In this document: piece by piece, positions 59,974-64,000 of the stretch
How positions within the stretch are numbered: the first letter of the stretch is position 1
Layout: the number at the start of each line of letters is the position of its first letter
NCBI GenBank assembly: GCA_038150265.1
Contig: JAYOTF010000004.1
Location: 32,001-96,000 of the forward strand
Length of the DNA: 64,000 nt
From: Deltaproteobacteria bacterium
GTDB taxonomy: Bacteria > SAR324 > NAC60-12
Reading direction: 5' to 3'
Program-made: the position numbers and the translations under genes
Notes under the pieces: model-generated
What the model saw: only the letters and a program-made list of their open reading frames with translations
Told to the model about the DNA's origin: nothing
Databases searched by the model: none

Positions 59974-60009
59974 GCTGACACAGCCGATTTTCTGTCTCTT
60001 GATCGTAAG

Positions 60010-60573
60010 ATGAGTTCCGTTTCCAAACGTGATGCCCTGTTAGACACCGCCGAGGCCCTGTTTGTACGCGACGGCTTCTGGGGAACCACCACCGCCAGCA
60101 TTGCTCGTGAAGCTGGGGTGGCCACCGGAACGCTGTTTACCTACTTTTCCTCGAAAGACGAGTTGATTGACGAGGTGTACATGCGCATCAAGGCGACGGC
60201 CTTTGCCTCCACCAGTCCCGCGTTGGAGCCGGCTCCGCTTTCAGAAGACGGGTTTCGCCTCATCATGGAAAAGTACATCCGCTGGGGGTGTGCCCACCCT
60301 CAGCAGTACCGGCTGTTGCTGCAGCTTCGGCAGGAAAACGTGATCAGCCAGCGCGTTCAGGAGCAGGTGGAAGAAGGCGGCCTGAGCCTGTTGCAGCAGG
60401 GCATTGAGAGGGGCCTGATCGAATCCCTCGACCCGTCCTTTCTCTACAGCATGGTGGCGGCTCAATGCGAGGCGGCCATTCAGTATGCTCTGGATCACCA
60501 GCTGGATGCTCCGGAAGTCGAAGCATTTGCGCGGCAGACATCTTCCCTCATCTGGAAATTCTTGACCCCTTGA
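60010..60573 (+). CDS. TetR/AcrR family transcriptional regulator
   Basis: [41 protein letters not shown]. Confidence 0.95.
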   Translation: MSSVSKRDALLDTAEALFVRDGFWGTTTASIAREAGVATGTLFTYFSSKDELIDEVYMRIKATAFASTSPALEPAPLSEDGFRLIMEKYIRWGCAHPQQYRLLLQLRQENVISQRVQEQVEEGGLSLLQQGIERGLIESLDPSFLYSMVAAQCEAAIQYALDHQLDAPEVEAFARQTSSLIWKFLTP

Positions 60574-60604
60574 TGGTCCCTCACTCCCTTCCCTCAGGAG
60601 CCTC

Positions 60605-61060
60605 ATGAAACAGCTCACCATCAACAACCAGGTCGTCACGGTCGACGTGGACGATGACACGCCCCTTCTGTGGGTCCTCCGCGACGAAGTGGGCCTCACC
60701 GGAACCAAGTTTGGATGCGGAATTGCGCAGTGTGGCGCCTGCACGGTCCACATCGATGGCGTCCCGGTCCGCTCCTGCAGCTACCCGGTCAACTCGGTTC
60801 CGGAATCGGCTCAGATCACCACCATTGAAGGAATCGGCGCCAACGGACTTCATGCGGTGCAGCAGGCGTGGCTCGAGGAACAGGTGCCGCAGTGCGGCTA
60901 CTGCCAGTCCGGACAGATCATGGCGGCCACAGCGTTGCTGGCCACCAACCGTGCTCCCAGCGACGCGGAAATTGATGCTGCCATGACCAACATCTGCCGC
61001 TGTGGCACCTATCCCCGCATCCGCAAGGCGATCCGCCGCGCTGCTGAACTGATGGCCTAA
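60605..61060 (+). CDS. iorA: Isoquinoline 1-oxidoreductase-type (2Fe-2S) small subunit
   Basis: [44 protein letters not shown]. Confidence 0.92.
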   Translation: MKQLTINNQVVTVDVDDDTPLLWVLRDEVGLTGTKFGCGIAQCGACTVHIDGVPVRSCSYPVNSVPESAQITTIEGIGANGLHAVQQAWLEEQVPQCGYCQSGQIMAATALLATNRAPSDAEIDAAMTNICRCGTYPRIRKAIRRAAELMA

Positions 61061-61070
61061 GGAGTCGACC

Positions 61071-63203
61071 ATGCCAATCACTCGTCGCAAGTTTCTCTAT
61101 TCGTCTGTTCTCACCGGACTCGCCGGCAGTGGCCTGCTGCTGGGCTGCTCCTCCACCTCCAAGCAGATCCTCAGTGTTCCGGAACCTGCTGACACGGCCC
61201 TTGGGCTCTGGATCCGGATCGGATCGGATGGCACCATCACCCTGGTGATTCCGGCGGCCGAAATGGGACAGGGCGTCACCACCTCCCTTTCCACCATTGT
61301 TGCCGAAGAACTGGAGGTCGATTACGAGTCGATTCAAACCGTTCTGGCTCCGGCGAATGAGGAGTACAACAACCCGGAAATGGGCATGCAGGGAACCGGA
61401 GGCAGCAACTCGGTGATCGCCTGGTGGGAGCCCCTCCGCAAGCTGGGGGCCTCTGCCCGGGTGATGCTGGTGCAAGCAGCGGCGAATCGCTGGCAGGTTC
61501 CCGCTGAGGAATGCACGGTTGAAGACGGAGTGGTCCTTCACCAGGCCTCTGGACGCAGCGCCCGCTACGAGGAGTTGACGGTTGAGGCGGCCCGGCTGGA
61601 CATTCCGTCGGATCCGCCCCTCAAGGACCCCAAGCGTTACCGGTACGTCGGCAAGTCCGTGCCCCGCAAAGACGGCCTCGAGAAGGTCACCGGAACCGCT
61701 GAGTTCGGCATTGATGTCCAGGTCCCCGGCATGCTCTACGCGGCCATTCGACAGTCTCCGGTTTTTGGTGGAACGGTGGCGTCCTTCGATGAGGCCTCCG
61801 CCAGGCAGGTCAAGGGCGTGGTGGCCGTGGTTCCGGTTCCGAATGGGGTGGCGGTGGTCGCCGACCGGTTCTGGAGCGCCAAGAAGGGGGCCGATGCGCT
61901 CAAGGTGAGTTTTTCCGGTGGAACTTCGGTGGGGGCCTCCAATGCGTCCATCTTGCAGAGCTACCGCCAGGCGCTCGAGGAATCAGGCAAGGCGGAGCTG
62001 ACGGGCTCCCGGGGGCTTGATGTCGAATACGAGCTGCCCTTCCTGGCGCATGCCACGATGGAGCCGATGAACTGCACCGCTGACGTTCAGCCCGACCGTT
62101 GCACCGTCTGGGCCCCCACCCAGTTTCCCGGAGTCGCCCGGACCCGAGCCGCCGAATTGACGGGGCTCGAAGAGGAGCAGGTCACCCTCAACTGCACCTA
62201 CCTCGGTGGCGGATTTGGTCGCCGGGCAGAAGTCGACTTTGTTGCCCAGGCCGTCTTGATCTCAAAGGCCGTGGGGAAGCCCGTCAAGCTGGTCTGGACG
62301 CGTGAGGAAGACACCCAGCACGACTTCTACCGTCCCGCCTACCTGAGCCGCGTTCAGGTTCAGCTCAATGAGCAAGGGGCTCCGGAAAGCTGGGACCACC
62401 AGTTGGCCGGACCGTCCATCCTCTCGCAGATCACGAGTCGGCTCATGGGCCTCGAGTTTGCGGGCACCGTCATGAACTGGCTGGACTGGGACATGACCTC
62501 CACCGAGGGAGCGGGGAAGATTCCCTACGCCGTGGGTTCGCACAACGTTGACTACACCATTGTTGATCCGGGAGTGCCCGTCGGGTTCTGGCGTTCGGTG
62601 GGCAGCTCGCACAACGCCTTCACCGTGGAGTCCGTGGTCGATGAAGCGGCCCACCTGGCGGGGAGGGATCCGCTGGAGTACCGCAAGGCGCTGCTTCAGG
62701 AACACCCCCGCTACGTGGCGCTTCTGGACCAGCTTGCCCGGGATTCCGGATGGGGCACCCCGTTGCCGGCAGGCCACGCCCGTGGGGTCGCCATCCATGA
62801 GTCGTTCAAGAGCATCGTTGGCGAAGTCGCCGAGGTTTCGGTGGAGAACGGTCAGCTCCGCGTCCACCGCGTTTATGCCACCATTGACTGCGGACGGCAC
62901 ATCAACCCGGACATCATCACGGCACAGGTGCAGGGCGCCATTTGCTTTGGGCTCTCGGCCATGCTGAAGGAGCAGATCACCCTGAAGGACGGGGCGGTGG
63001 TCAACAGCAACTTCCACGACTACCCCCTTCTGCGTCTGGCAGAAGCTCCGGACGTGTCGGTGAGCATCATGCAGAACAACGAGGCTCCCGGCGGCGTTGG
63101 GGAACCCGGGGTGCCGCCCCTGGCTCCGGCGGTCTGCAACGCCATCTTTGCTGCCACCGGAAAGCGCATCCGCAAGCTCCCGCTGGCTGATCAACTCACG
63201 TAA
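61071..63203 (+). CDS. iorB: Molybdopterin-binding large subunit, isoquinoline 1-oxidoreductase/aldehyde oxidoreductase family, with Tat signal
   Basis: TRRKFL Tat motif; EMGQG, TGGSNS, HATMEPMNC, LGGGFGRR, GFWRSVG, GGVGEPG. Confidence 0.92.
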   Translation: MPITRRKFLYSSVLTGLAGSGLLLGCSSTSKQILSVPEPADTALGLWIRIGSDGTITLVIPAAEMGQGVTTSLSTIVAEELEVDYESIQTVLAPANEEYNNPEMGMQGTGGSNSVIAWWEPLRKLGASARVMLVQAAANRWQVPAEECTVEDGVVLHQASGRSARYEELTVEAARLDIPSDPPLKDPKRYRYVGKSVPRKDGLEKVTGTAEFGIDVQVPGMLYAAIRQSPVFGGTVASFDEASARQVKGVVAVVPVPNGVAVVADRFWSAKKGADALKVSFSGGTSVGASNASILQSYRQALEESGKAELTGSRGLDVEYELPFLAHATMEPMNCTADVQPDRCTVWAPTQFPGVARTRAAELTGLEEEQVTLNCTYLGGGFGRRAEVDFVAQAVLISKAVGKPVKLVWTREEDTQHDFYRPAYLSRVQVQLNEQGAPESWDHQLAGPSILSQITSRLMGLEFAGTVMNWLDWDMTSTEGAGKIPYAVGSHNVDYTIVDPGVPVGFWRSVGSSHNAFTVESVVDEAAHLAGRDPLEYRKALLQEHPRYVALLDQLARDSGWGTPLPAGHARGVAIHESFKSIVGEVAEVSVENGQLRVHRVYATIDCGRHINPDIITAQVQGAICFGLSAMLKEQITLKDGAVVNSNFHDYPLLRLAEAPDVSVSIMQNNEAPGGVGEPGVPPLAPAVCNAIFAATGKRIRKLPLADQLT

Positions 63204-63311
63204 TCCGTCCCTTCCGGGTCCTGCAGGCGCCTCCCGGAACCTGCGGGACCTGATCCTCTCGTTTTGTGTCCGCAAGGCCTTGCCCCTCGCGTGGAATTCC
63301 CCATCAGGTTT

Positions 63312-64000
63312 ATGCCCCTCAACCGTTCCTTCTTGCTGGTCGTGCTCGTGAGCCTCTTCAGCCTTTCCTTGATGTCCTGCTCCACGTGGCGTGAGCTGGG
63401 GGAGAAACCCAGCGGTCCGGAGTTGGCACAACTCGCCCAATCTCCTCAATTTGACGCCGAGCGGCAGCATTTTGAAAATCGGCAGCCGGGGCTGCTGCAA
63501 CAGATGAACGAGCGCATCACGCTCAAGTCCATCTGGGAGTTTTTCTTCTCCGGAGTCCCCGACCAAACTCCCCGGACCCCGCTTCCGGAGCGCCAGCCGG
63601 TTCAGCTCGACGCGTTCCTGGCGCCCAGCCCAGCAGTGAAGTTCATCTGGCTCGGACACTCCACGCTGCTCCTCAATTTGTCCGGAACCATTGTCCTCAT
63701 TGACCCGGTTTTTTCCAGGGCTGCGTCTCCGGTCAAGTGGGTCACCCAGCGGTTTCAGCCTCCGATTCTGCCGCTTGAGGCCCTTCCGGAGGTGGATGTC
63801 ATCCTCATCTCTCATGACCACTACGATCACCTGGACATGGAGACGATCGAGTTCTTCCGAGACAAAACGGCTCGGTTCTTTGTGCCTCTCGGGATCTCCT
63901 CACACCTGCGCTACTGGGGCATTGATGCCTCCCGGATCACCGAGCTTGACTGGTGGGAGCAGGCGCAGTTTGAAAACCTGACCCTCACCTGCACACCGGC
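63312..64000 (+). CDS. MBL-fold metallo-hydrolase (RomA/NAPE-PLD-like), probable lipoprotein; runs off the window edge
   Basis: Translated by hand: MPLNRSFLLVVLVSLFSLSLMSC...WLGHST...LIDPVF...ILISHDHYDHLD...FFVPLG...ELDWWE. Confidence 0.9.
   Translation, partial: MPLNRSFLLVVLVSLFSLSLMSCSTWRELGEKPSGPELAQLAQSPQFDAERQHFENRQPGLLQQMNERITLKSIWEFFFSGVPDQTPRTPLPERQPVQLDAFLAPSPAVKFIWLGHSTLLLNLSGTIVLIDPVFSRAASPVKWVTQRFQPPILPLEALPEVDVILISHDHYDHLDMETIEFFRDKTARFFVPLGISSHLRYWGIDASRITELDWWEQAQFENLTLTCTP

Overview
A gene-dense, high-GC bacterial chromosome segment. Its mix of delta-, alpha-, gamma- and Bacteroidota-like genes would fit a SAR324/deltaproteobacterial-type organism, but that is inference only. 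I saw no rRNA, tRNA, CRISPR array or mobile element. Most genes are housekeeping or accessory metabolism: metY, ubiE/menG, DAHP synthase, ppnN, recJ, lptF, lolA, rph, lgt, trmB, recX, proB, pcm, oppA, a LacI-controlled sugar ABC/GH2 operon, a TetR-iorAB-MBL unit and two orphan histidine kinases. Three things stand out. (1) An operon at 43.4-52.0 kb encodes two secreted Ig-like repeat proteins and a membrane sensor (propeller/Y_Y_Y, 3 TM) ending in four tandem degenerate GGDEF domains. All four keep the RxxD I-site, so this is a candidate multivalent c-di-GMP receptor system; the sensor gene is split by one in-frame TAA. (2) A hexaheme cytochrome is built from three tandem cytochrome c4 units. 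(3) The palindrome TCCGGA is strongly over-represented across the window, in a HIP1-like way. All counts were made by eye and all family assignments come from motif recognition, not database searches.
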